Shown: piece by piece, positions 19,946 through 29,005 of the stretch | Layout: each line of letters starts with the position of its first letter | Numbering within the stretch: position 1 is the first letter of the stretch | From: Candidatus Latescibacterota bacterium | GTDB lineage: Bacteria > Latescibacterota > UBA2968 | Assembly: GCA_965116885.1 (NCBI GenBank) | Contig: OZ220741.1 | Location: forward strand, 160,001-224,000 | Direction: 5' to 3' | Length of the DNA: 64,000 nucleotides | The notes under the pieces: model-generated | The model's input: only the letters and a program-made list of their open reading frames with translations | Told to the model about the DNA's origin: nothing | The model's database searches: none | Translations under genes and position numbers: made by a program

Positions 19946-20707
19946 CACATCCGGTCGATCGTGTACGCCGGGAGACGCTAAAATCCGCTTCTGTTGCTCG
20001 GTCAACCCCTCATAAACCGAACTATCGTACCCCTTTGGCGCGGAAATCAAATGCCCCGGACCGTATTTGTAAAGCAACACCCTGCGCTCGTGGTCTGCCC
20101 GCCACGGCAATGTGCCGTGTACCAGAGCCTCCGTAAAAAAAATCGCATCCCCCGCCTTTGCCTCGGGTTGCACAACATAGTGCGGAACCCGATCAAACCG
20201 CTGCACATCGCGCGGCAAATCCATCCTGAAATTGCTCTTGTGACTACCCCGCACACAGGCAAAACCCCCATCCCCCGCATCGGCGTCCGACAACACATAC
20301 GTCAACACCGACAAACCACACTGCATCACGCCATCTCGATACCTGTAATAATGGTGAAACAAATCCGGCTTGCCGCCGTGCAAACTGCCTCGCTTCCCAT
20401 TCTTCAGCATAAAAATGGCATAATCGTGATCCAGGCGGAACTTCGGTCCCAGCAAGTCAACGAGATAAGGCAACACTTTGGGATGATCGATTAAATCCCG
20501 ACACGCCACATCCCAATCTATAATACTCGGCGCGCGGCGCACACCTCTGGCATTGCCAAATTCGTTATCCGCCTCCACATCCCCGTAATCCCTGGGAAAC
20601 GCTCTATCCGACACCGCATTGAGCACATCCAATTCCTCGCGGCTCAACACATCTTTAATCACCAGATACCCATCGAGGTCAAACATAAACTTTTCTTCTG
20701 GGGTCAT
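19931..20707 (-). CDS. Phytanoyl-CoA dioxygenase (PhyH) family Fe(II)/2OG oxygenase
   Basis: FDLDGYLVIKDVLS, LHGG, GGFACVRGSHK, GDAIFFTEALVHG, RRVLLYKY. Confidence 0.85.
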   Translation of the reverse strand: MTPEEKFMFDLDGYLVIKDVLSREELDVLNAVSDRAFPRDYGDVEADNEFGNARGVRRAPSIIDWDVACRDLIDHPKVLPYLVDLLGPKFRLDHDYAIFMLKNGKRGSLHGGKPDLFHHYYRYRDGVMQCGLSVLTYVLSDADAGDGGFACVRGSHKSNFRMDLPRDVQRFDRVPHYVVQPEAKAGDAIFFTEALVHGTLPWRADHERRVLLYKYGPGHLISAPKGYDSSVYEGLTEQQKRILASPGVHDRPDVRIDE

Positions 20708-20718
20708 ATCGCATACTC

Positions 20719-21861
20719 CTATCTATAGGGCAATGGCCTGGGATCGAGCCATTCAACAACTCGATCTTTAATCGCCCATGCAAAAAAGAAATTTCCGCGC
20801 GGCGTGTGATGTCCAATATAATACGGTTCCAAAAACGCCTGCACATCCCCCCGATATGTCGCGTACGCCTCCCGAAAAGCATCGCGTAAATCGATCACAG
20901 GCACATCCTTTGTCGCCAACCAATCCAAAAACGTCTGGTCAAAAAGCGGCTCGCCTTCTAATGCCCGAGCTATATTACTCGAACCAAATGACAAAATCAC
21001 CAGCAACTTTTTCCCATTGGCCTTTTTAAAAGCCTCGGCCTTTTCAATCACAAACCGCGTCGCAAACAAAGCCGCCTCGGTATGCAAGCTATAAACCTCG
21101 GCATCCGATTCCGCATTCTCGAGTTCTCCCCCCATACTTTGTGCCATAGCCGACGCATCTTCCGCACTGCCTCTGCGCGCCATAGCCGCATGCAAAATTG
21201 GATCATCGCCAAAAGTCTCCCACACCCAATCCACATCGCACAACCGATAGAGTTCCTCGGGCGTCTTGCACAAATTCTCGCGCTCTTCCACAATGCCACT
21301 TTCCAGATTCACGCGCAAATGCGGCAGCGTAAACCGCCCCTGTCGTCCCATGCGAATGGACCGCCACGCATCCAAATTGCGAAAGTGATCGTCATCCCAC
21401 ACATTCAAAATCACGTACTCGGCGGGATACTCCCGCTCCACAATCAACATTCGGCGATACGCCTGATACACACTGTGCCCACCAATGCCGTAATTGCGAA
21501 CAGGTTCCAGCAAATGCGCTGCCAAATACTCCTGCCACGTCTCCCCATTGCTCACCTGATCGCAATGCGTAAAACTATTCCCATACGTATGAATACGACA
21601 CGGGCGATCCGCATAATTGACCACCTGCCGCGCACCATCTTTCTCATAAGCGTAAAACCCGCGCGAATCATCCACACCACCCCCGCGAAACCCATCGCAA
21701 ACCACCCATCCGATCTCGGGATCAAACGCCGACTGTGCATTATTGCACATAATCCGCGCCAACTCCGCTGGCACATCTGCCCTCACAGGCGTCACAAAAT
21801 GATCCACCATCTCGCGCGTCGGCATAATCGACTCCAAATATTCGCGTCCTGTCATCGCCAA
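20719..21861 (-). CDS. Hypothetical protein, SGNH/GDSL-like
   Basis: YGNSFT (block I-like), NYGIGGHS, C-terminal GHHTPRGN. Confidence 0.6.
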   Translation of the reverse strand: MAMTGREYLESIMPTREMVDHFVTPVRADVPAELARIMCNNAQSAFDPEIGWVVCDGFRGGGVDDSRGFYAYEKDGARQVVNYADRPCRIHTYGNSFTHCDQVSNGETWQEYLAAHLLEPVRNYGIGGHSVYQAYRRMLIVEREYPAEYVILNVWDDDHFRNLDAWRSIRMGRQGRFTLPHLRVNLESGIVEERENLCKTPEELYRLCDVDWVWETFGDDPILHAAMARRGSAEDASAMAQSMGGELENAESDAEVYSLHTEAALFATRFVIEKAEAFKKANGKKLLVILSFGSSNIARALEGEPLFDQTFLDWLATKDVPVIDLRDAFREAYATYRGDVQAFLEPYYIGHHTPRGNFFFAWAIKDRVVEWLDPRPLPYR

Positions 21862-21875
21862 ATCCTCGTATCTTT

Positions 21876-21895
21876 CACAGGGGCACCGCCCCTAC
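21876..21895 (-). repeat. Partial GTAG-type REP-like palindrome
   Basis: CACAGGGGCACCGCCCCTAC resembles the right half of the REP at 58406-58431. Confidence 0.5.
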
Positions 21896-21949
21896 GTTCT
21901 TTCCTTCGTGTTTCTTAGTGTACTTAGTGGATGTCACATCTCACGCCTT

Positions 21950-22465
21950 TCATCTGCGTCCATCTGCGTGCATCTGCGGATCGTCTCGCTTCCTGATCAA
22001 TCGCGCCGGTGTGCCTCCAACCACCGAATACGGCGCCACATCGCGCGTCACAACCGCGCCCGCGCCCACAATACTATGCGCACCAATGCGCACCCCGCCA
22101 ATAACCACGGCATTGGCGCCAAACCACACATCATCCTCCACGACAATCTCCCGCTTTTGCACCCTTTGTTTCACCATCGGAATATCGATTCGATCATACC
22201 CATGCCCCACACTCGCAAAAACCACATGTGCCGCCACCGCCACATAATTGCCAATGGTCAAAGGCCCGTACAACACGCTATATGGCGCAAAATGCGTATG
22301 ACTGCCAATATCGACCCACGCCCCACAGGGATTCACAAACACCCCATTGTGAAACGCCACATCATCGCCAACACGCACCAATTCTGGATGCCGGATATCG
22401 ACCAGCGGATCAAAATGAACCGACTCTCCAATCGCCTTAAATGCCGATCTGTCTATCTCTAACAT
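21950..22465 (-). CDS. Hexapeptide-repeat (LbH) acyltransferase
   Basis: VVEDDVWFGANAVVIGGVRIGAHSIVGAGAVVTRDV...GGTPAR. Confidence 0.88.
   Translation of the reverse strand: MLEIDRSAFKAIGESVHFDPLVDIRHPELVRVGDDVAFHNGVFVNPCGAWVDIGSHTHFAPYSVLYGPLTIGNYVAVAAHVVFASVGHGYDRIDIPMVKQRVQKREIVVEDDVWFGANAVVIGGVRIGAHSIVGAGAVVTRDVAPYSVVGGTPARLIRKRDDPQMHADGRR
21951..21980. repeat. Decamer triplet (CATCTGCGTN) x3
   Basis: CATCTGCGTC CATCTGCGTG CATCTGCGGA, encoding the C-terminus of the acyltransferase. Confidence 0.85.
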
Positions 22466-22681
22466 AAGAATTCCCCTCCGCACACAGATTAATCAATTAC
22501 AGGACGTGATGCAATGGTATTTACCCCTGCATAAAGCCCGGTGAAATTCACCGCTGTCTCTTTTTAAAAGTTCTACATACCACGCGCTATTGCCGGACAA
22601 TCTCTGTTGTCTAAGGAAGGTTGCCGACCTATATTTCGGCATTGCCGCGCCCTTATATCACAATAATTACACGAGGCTTTT

Positions 22682-25339
22682 ATGAAGTTCCTGATATTTT
22701 TGTTTTTCGCGCCTGCAACCCTATCTGCCGCTGTGCTCAGCGGCCAGGTGCGCGATGAGAAAACCGGGGAATCGCTGTTCGGCGCAAATGTTTATTTGGA
22801 AACGCACGCGGGGGGAACAGCCACAGACCTCGATGGAAATTTTGCGATTCCCAATGTCAGCGAGGGTAGCCACACGCTCGTCATCAGCTTTGTGGGCTAT
22901 AAGGAATATCGCGATACCGTCACAGTAAAAGAGGGAATGGGTGCGTTGGTTGTAGCGCTAACGCCCGAAGCTGTGCAATTTGAAGAGGTCGTTGTGAGCG
23001 CGGCGCGCGCCAAATTGCGCGAAACGCCCATTGCGTTCTCCGATGTGCCAAAATCCGACATAGACCGCAAACTCGGCTCTCGCAGTCTGCCGATGCTTTT
23101 GAACGATACGCCGGGCGTTTATGCGACCGAGCAAGGCGGTGGCGATGGCGATTCACGCATCAATGTGCGGGGGTTTGACCAGCGCAACATCGCCGTCATG
23201 GTCAATGGCGTACCAGTCAACAATATGGAAACCGGGTGGGTCTATTGGGTTGACTGGGATGTTCTCAGCGATGTGACATCGTCCATACAGGTACAGCGCG
23301 GATTGGGCGCCTCAAATTTGGCGATAGCCTCGGTGGGGGGCACGTTGAATATTATTACCGATGCCGCCCGTCAACAGCGCGGATTTAAGATCAAACAGGA
23401 AGCCGCGACCAGTGCCTATTACAAAACCACGGTCAATTTTTCATCGGGCTTACTCAATGAAAAAACCGCGATGAGCACGGGCATTTCACGCAAAGTTGGC
23501 AATGGCATACCCGATCAAACGTGGACAGAAGGGTGGGCGTATTTCGGAGCATTGAGCTTTCTGGCCTCTGAAACACACAAATTCGAGTTGTTTGTCGTGG
23601 GTACGCCACAACGCCACGGGCACCGCCTGTTCAAGCAGTCCATTGGCACTTTTGACGCCGATTATGCGCGGTCTTTGGGCGCGGTCGCAACAGATGCAAA
23701 AAATTACGGGGTCAATTACAACCCCAACTGGGGATATTCGCCATTTTCATCTTATCGAGAATTTTTTAACGGCAAGGTGCGCGACGCGCGCGACAACGCG
23801 ACCATTATGGAACGCGAGAACTACTATCACAAAACACAAGCCAATTTGAACTGGTATTGGATACCCAACGATCGGTTTGTGTTGTCCAATGTCTTTTATT
23901 GGGCGCGCGGCAAGGGCGGAGGCCTGGGGCGCCTGGGCGTCAATCCGGGAATTAGGGCAGACGGCAGCATCGACTGGCAGCACGCGGTGGATGAGTTGAA
24001 CACGGAACCCGCATCGCGAGCCAATCCCGACCTGGTGCTTGCAGGCGAAGTCGGAGCCTTTGAGATTGCGGCAAAGACCATTATGCGCAATACGGGCAGC
24101 CTGCAATACTATTACGGATATTTGGGCACGGGCGAATACGCGCTAACGCCTGCCTATAAGCTCGCCTTTGGCATTGATTTGCGCGGCTATGAGGGACAGC
24201 ACTGGCGCGAAGTGCGAAATTTGATAGGGGCAGATTATTACGTTTTTACAGGAGACAGCAATGCCGCGACTTCTGTGAAACGCCTTGGAGACAGGATCGC
24301 ATATCACACCGATGGTCTGACGCGCTGGGGGGGCGGGTTTGTTCAAATCGAAAGACAGGTGAATGACTTTACGGCATTTTTGAGCACATCGGCATCCATA
24401 ACAGCTTATAAGCGCATCGACTATTTCCGCGCCAGGGTCAATGGGGAATGGGATCAGACAGATTGGAAAAGCTTTGGAGGCTATACGCTCAAGGCGGGGG
24501 GCAATTACAATATAACCCCTACGGTCAATGTGTATGCCAATATGGGCTGGCTTTCAACAGCCCCCAAATTTGGATCGGTTTATCACTACGACAACAGCCT
24601 CTACGACCCCACCTTCAATGAAAAAGTAGCGTCTTTTGAGTTGGGCGCAGGCTATCTCAAACGCGGGGTGATAACCGGAAACGTAAACTTCTATTACACC
24701 AAATGGATCGACCGCTCGTGGCCCAAGAGCGTTTACAGCGCAAAGCTCGACCAGAACTTTCGGTTTTTGCTCAGCGGCATTGACGCGCGGCACACAGGTA
24801 TAGAATTCGACGTCAAGGCGCGCCCCCATCCCAGGTTGGAGGTGCGCAGCCTGGTCTCATTCGGCAACTGGGAATGGCTCAACGATGCGCGCGCCACATT
24901 TTTTCCCGAAGAAGATCCATTGGTTGCAGACACGTTTCAAGTCTATGCCAATGGATTGAAGGTAGGCGACTCGGCGCAAAAAACCCTTGCGCTGAGCAGC
25001 ACGGTATTTCCCATGCGCGGGCTTTACACCACGCTGAGTTTGAGGCGATTTATGGATCACTACGCCAAATTCGATCCCGCCAACCGAACAGATCCCGATG
25101 ACCGCCAGCAATCGTGGAAGGTGCCAAATTACAATTTGGCTGATCTCCACGCGGGTTACATCCTGCCCGGCAATACATTTGGCAATGGCAAAGTAAAACT
25201 GCAATTGCACATCTTCAATTTGTTCGACGCGCGCTATATTTCCGATGCAGACGATGGCGACAACCACGACGCCTCAACCGCGCTCGTCTTCCTAGGTCTG
25301 TCCCGCCGATGGAATATTTCGTTATCCTACGATTATTAA
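22682..25339 (+). CDS. TonB-dependent receptor with CarboxypepD_reg-like domain
   Basis: Signal peptide, DSRINVRGFDQRNIAVMVNGVPVN plug, IQVQRGLGAS...GGTLNI, NLFDARY, aromatic C-terminus. Confidence 0.9.
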   Translation: MKFLIFLFFAPATLSAAVLSGQVRDEKTGESLFGANVYLETHAGGTATDLDGNFAIPNVSEGSHTLVISFVGYKEYRDTVTVKEGMGALVVALTPEAVQFEEVVVSAARAKLRETPIAFSDVPKSDIDRKLGSRSLPMLLNDTPGVYATEQGGGDGDSRINVRGFDQRNIAVMVNGVPVNNMETGWVYWVDWDVLSDVTSSIQVQRGLGASNLAIASVGGTLNIITDAARQQRGFKIKQEAATSAYYKTTVNFSSGLLNEKTAMSTGISRKVGNGIPDQTWTEGWAYFGALSFLASETHKFELFVVGTPQRHGHRLFKQSIGTFDADYARSLGAVATDAKNYGVNYNPNWGYSPFSSYREFFNGKVRDARDNATIMERENYYHKTQANLNWYWIPNDRFVLSNVFYWARGKGGGLGRLGVNPGIRADGSIDWQHAVDELNTEPASRANPDLVLAGEVGAFEIAAKTIMRNTGSLQYYYGYLGTGEYALTPAYKLAFGIDLRGYEGQHWREVRNLIGADYYVFTGDSNAATSVKRLGDRIAYHTDGLTRWGGGFVQIERQVNDFTAFLSTSASITAYKRIDYFRARVNGEWDQTDWKSFGGYTLKAGGNYNITPTVNVYANMGWLSTAPKFGSVYHYDNSLYDPTFNEKVASFELGAGYLKRGVITGNVNFYYTKWIDRSWPKSVYSAKLDQNFRFLLSGIDARHTGIEFDVKARPHPRLEVRSLVSFGNWEWLNDARATFFPEEDPLVADTFQVYANGLKVGDSAQKTLALSSTVFPMRGLYTTLSLRRFMDHYAKFDPANRTDPDDRQQSWKVPNYNLADLHAGYILPGNTFGNGKVKLQLHIFNLFDARYISDADDGDNHDASTALVFLGLSRRWNISLSYDY

Positions 25340-26760
25340 TGAGCCAGATGCTCATCGAGGGCGGCGCTCAGTCGCCGAAAGACCTGGGGAAATTCAGCGG
25401 CAACATCGTCCCTCTCATTGCGCTGCAGATCGAACAGCAACTGGGGACGCTCGCGCTGAAGGCGCGCCGTCTCGTCGGACGGCACATGCATCGGTTCGAA
25501 GACATCGCCCCCAACGCGCTTTGCCGGATCATAGCCGCGAACCAGCTTAAAACGCCCGTCAAAAACCATGCGCCAGGCACTCAGGCCAGAAAATACCAGA
25601 TCTCGATGCCTGTGCGCGCGGGCACCGAGATAATTGACGAGCGAACGGCTGTCGAGATCATCACCGGGATCCAAACCGCCCCACTCGAGAAAGCTGGCGG
25701 TCAGGTCCAGCGTCGTCATCGGCGCGTCGTCGCGTCCGGAAGCCGCCACGCCCGGCCCAGCGATCACCAGCGGAACCCCCACCGAGGCCTGCAGGGGCGA
25801 CAACTTCTGCCACTGGTCGTAATCGCCGAGCATCTCGCCGTGGTCACTGGTAAACACAATGATCGTGTTGTCGAAATCTCCTCGCTCTCGCACGCGTGCA
25901 ACGAGGCGCCCGAGGCAGGCATCAAGATGTTCGACAGTGGCAGCCCAGTTGCGACGCACCTCCTGGTGCGTCTCGGGCGCGATATCCTCGGTATTAAACA
26001 CGGGAAGAGAAAACGCCACGGGCGGCTCGCGGTACCATCGGTGCATCGACTCGGTGATATCCCACGGATGATGGGGATTCTGCAGATTAACCTCCAAATA
26101 CCACGGCCTGGCGTCGGGCGCCCGATCCAGAAGGGTGAGCGCATTATTGGTGATCCAGGTATCGAAGTACGCATCGTCGGGAAGAGTTGTCGGGAAAGTA
26201 GCCGTCCACACGCCCTCCCGGCTTCGGCGCGCGTAATCGGCAATATGATCCTCTGCCAGGCCACGCGCGTGCAAAAACGCCATGTACGCATCCTGAGGCA
26301 CCATCTCGTTGTTGCGCATCAAAATGGTCGCCTGATTCAGCCCCGCATTGAAAATGGCATCGGAAAATCCCCATGCCTCAACGCCCTGACGCCCATCGAC
26401 ACCACAGTGAAACGCAGGTGGGCTCCCCGATTGGTTATTGCCCACATGGTGTTTGCCAGCGCCCATAACATGGTATCCAGCCTCATCGCGCAAGCGCAGG
26501 TGGTACTTGAGCATATTATCGGGCGCATACGTGCTATTGCCCCACACGCGCGTGCGATCGTATTCCTGCCCGGCCACCAGGCATGCACGCGACGGGGCGC
26601 AAACGGGCGACGGACAGATAGCGTTGGCGAACCAGACACCCCGCTTGGCGAGTTGCCGCAGATGCGGCGTGCGCACCGGAATATCGGGGTTCATCTCGAC
26701 CCACTCCGGCCGCTGCTGATCTGTTTGAACAAAAAGTATATTGGGGCGTTTGTCCGGCAT
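25336..26760 (-). CDS. Sulfatase (Cys-type)
   Basis: RPNILFVQTDQQR, CAPSRA, GKHH, PHHP, SDHGEMLG. Its stop codon overlaps the TBDR stop (TTAA). Confidence 0.9.
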   Translation of the reverse strand: MPDKRPNILFVQTDQQRPEWVEMNPDIPVRTPHLRQLAKRGVWFANAICPSPVCAPSRACLVAGQEYDRTRVWGNSTYAPDNMLKYHLRLRDEAGYHVMGAGKHHVGNNQSGSPPAFHCGVDGRQGVEAWGFSDAIFNAGLNQATILMRNNEMVPQDAYMAFLHARGLAEDHIADYARRSREGVWTATFPTTLPDDAYFDTWITNNALTLLDRAPDARPWYLEVNLQNPHHPWDITESMHRWYREPPVAFSLPVFNTEDIAPETHQEVRRNWAATVEHLDACLGRLVARVRERGDFDNTIIVFTSDHGEMLGDYDQWQKLSPLQASVGVPLVIAGPGVAASGRDDAPMTTLDLTASFLEWGGLDPGDDLDSRSLVNYLGARAHRHRDLVFSGLSAWRMVFDGRFKLVRGYDPAKRVGGDVFEPMHVPSDETARLQRERPQLLFDLQRNERDDVAAEFPQVFRRLSAALDEHLAH

Positions 26761-26826
26761 GCGCGTTCACCTTTTGTGAGTCTTCCCATTCGAGATGTAA
26801 AGTTGCCATTATGCATTCAATTTGAT

Positions 26827-27060
26827 TCAAATATTTACTGTAAGAACTTTGCCCACCTCACGTAGCGGTGTTTTCCCAGCCTTCAACTTTTGTGTCACAT
26901 CTTCCAAATACTGCATCGTTCGCCGGTCATAATACCGTTCACCACACGTCCCGCAAACCGGTACATGGATCGGCACATAGACAATATCCAAACCAACTTT
27001 TACCTCTTCCTTGACATCCTTAGAGCAAATATCATCACTGTGACAAATGATGCATTGCAT
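26827..27060 (-). CDS. YgiT-type zinc-finger protein (MqsA N-domain-like)
   Basis: CIICH...VCGTCGERYY; GGAGG SD. Confidence 0.8.
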   Translation of the reverse strand: MQCIICHSDDICSKDVKEEVKVGLDIVYVPIHVPVCGTCGERYYDRRTMQYLEDVTQKLKAGKTPLREVGKVLTVNI

Positions 27061-27078
27061 CCTGCACCTCCAATGATT

Positions 27079-27317
27079 TCAAGCATCTTGATATGCACGC
27101 AAAAAATCATCGCGCGAAATTTTTGATTGCGTACAAATCGTTCGCAATGTTGATGACTTGAGCCGCGAGTGATTGGGCATCGTCAAAGGAGTTCTTGAAC
27201 CATCCACATTTCCTTAAGCATAGCAATATGTTCTGCCTCGCGTACACGTTTGAATCCCAAAGACTCGAAAGCGCGAATCACCCTTCGTCTGGGTGCGTCC
27301 ACAGGAAACTTCGCCAT
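27079..27317 (-). pseudogene. hicA: HicA-family toxin with a 1-nt frameshift
   Basis: MAKFPVDAPRRRVIRAFESLGFKRVREAEHIAMLKE, then a shifted frame (N)VDGSRTPLTMPNHSRLKSSTLRTICTQSKISRDDFLRAYQDA*. One A is missing at about 27209-27211. Confidence 0.8.
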
Positions 27318-27545
27318 CTATACCGCCATTTCTGCATTGACCATAAAAGCTTCCAGAACAGGTGAATCCTCATCAAACGCATCTTTACCAAATGTCTCAA
27401 TATGAAACCGAATAGCAGATTTTACATCCGCCAAAGCTTCTTCATAAGTATCTCCCTGCCCAACGACGACCCCTTTCAATCCGAGTGGATATCCCACATA
27501 ACCATCGGCATATCTCTCAACGATAATTCTAAAATTTTTCATCAT
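27318..27545 (-). CDS. hicB: HicB-family antitoxin (short, no DNA-binding domain)
   Basis: GYVGYPLGLKGVVVGQGDTYEEALADVKSAIRFH; AAGGAGG SD. Confidence 0.85.
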   Translation of the reverse strand: MMKNFRIIVERYADGYVGYPLGLKGVVVGQGDTYEEALADVKSAIRFHIETFGKDAFDEDSPVLEAFMVNAEMAV

Positions 27546-27560
27546 ATCCTCCTTGCAAAA

Positions 27561-29003
27561 TTAGTTCCCGCCAGGTCCTTTTGCTAAAGAATCTGCATGA
27601 ACAGAACCTGCTCTATATATGTTTTTCCAGCCAAGTAGCTTTAATAGTAGCCTTTCGACGATTGTCTGAACTCTATAAGTCTCGTAGAACAGGAGATCTC
27701 CGTCAATTTTGTTTGCACTATGAATCAATGCATTTCTTGTATTAAAAAAAGAGGGCCTCACAACATCAGTGGGATATAAATCTTTCCACTCTACAGATTG
27801 ATCACTGAGTAATGAGTCAACTAAACTCCAAATAGAAGGTCGATCTAACTCATTAACTTTATCTATAATTGGTTTGTTAGATTTGACATCTGGTAATTGG
27901 TCCCGGATTAATTTTCGGATACTGCGTAGTATTTTATTTTTTTCGGAATTGTTAGAGAAGTTACTGTTGATATCGCGCTCTATCGCATACATATCTTTAA
28001 GTTTTTCAAGCGACATAAAATATAGAATAAATCGTTGTTCAAGATATTGCGATTCATGCCCATTTAATACATTGATTATTGGTAAGAAGAGATCAAATTG
28101 TTTTTCGCGGAGATTTTGTAAGTTTATAATTGAAGATTGAATGAAATCTTTTGCTTCACCAAGCTTTATCAATAAGTCTCCATCGTATACATCATCAACA
28201 AATGACTCAGAGATATACCGGACGAAATGCCGCAATCGTTTTGAGCTATAGCAATCATATCGAAACCACTTTATATGTTTTCTTGAGACAAATGATGCAA
28301 GTAGTGTTAGGTCATCCGCAATTTGTATAGCATAATTTATAAAATCGGAATCTGATAAATCCTCTATCGAAAGATTTGTTTTAATCTCAATTGTTCGAAC
28401 GTTATCAGTTGTCTCGACTTCCTTACCATCTTCTAATCGAATAGGTGAGTAGAGAAAACTAGGCCTTAGTTCAATTTTAGCCTGAATGGGATTCGGAATG
28501 TCGATTTGAAGCGGATCAATTTTAATATTAGCAGCACCTGTATATGATACTTTCCTAGACCAATGCAATGCCCAAAAAGTATGAGGACCTGCTAAATAAA
28601 ACCGTATTCTTCGTTCACCCCTATCTTTGTTATCAACTGAGATGTCTATCTCTAATTCGTGTAATTCGATATCACAAATTTTACCAACCATGTGATCGCC
28701 ATACTCATTGGGCCAACCCCTGTTATATGCTTGTTTAATTATCGCCTTTGAGGATCGTATGATCTCGTAACATCCTTCGTATGCTTTTGATCTAATTTCA
28801 GCATATGGAGTTCCTTCACCCATAAGGTCGCTAATTCTAAAATCAGTAGTATCCCCAAAAATTGCAGCTTTGATTTTATCTGGCTTATTCTCTGCAAAAT
28901 CAACGATGAAATGTAGATCGTCGATATTGTTGCCAGCTTTGGATAGAGTACCCTGGAACTCACGACGCCTATAGAAAGGCTTTGATTGTTCAATGTTATT
29001 CAT
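27561..29003 (-). CDS. ApeA-like protein with C-terminal HEPN RNase domain (candidate anti-phage effector)
   Basis: AT-rich compared with its neighbours. EQRFILYFMSLEKL helix and RNALIH (RxxxxH) motif near the C-terminus. Confidence 0.65.
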   Translation of the reverse strand: MNNIEQSKPFYRRREFQGTLSKAGNNIDDLHFIVDFAENKPDKIKAAIFGDTTDFRISDLMGEGTPYAEIRSKAYEGCYEIIRSSKAIIKQAYNRGWPNEYGDHMVGKICDIELHELEIDISVDNKDRGERRIRFYLAGPHTFWALHWSRKVSYTGAANIKIDPLQIDIPNPIQAKIELRPSFLYSPIRLEDGKEVETTDNVRTIEIKTNLSIEDLSDSDFINYAIQIADDLTLLASFVSRKHIKWFRYDCYSSKRLRHFVRYISESFVDDVYDGDLLIKLGEAKDFIQSSIINLQNLREKQFDLFLPIINVLNGHESQYLEQRFILYFMSLEKLKDMYAIERDINSNFSNNSEKNKILRSIRKLIRDQLPDVKSNKPIIDKVNELDRPSIWSLVDSLLSDQSVEWKDLYPTDVVRPSFFNTRNALIHSANKIDGDLLFYETYRVQTIVERLLLKLLGWKNIYRAGSVHADSLAKGPGGN

Positions 29004-29005
29004 TT

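Noticed and set aside
19764..20015. 83-aa ORF with SIRLFVYS repeats
   Set aside because: Translation artefact of the octamer arrays.
25309..26865. 518-aa plus-strand ORF
   Set aside because: Antisense to a clear sulfatase.
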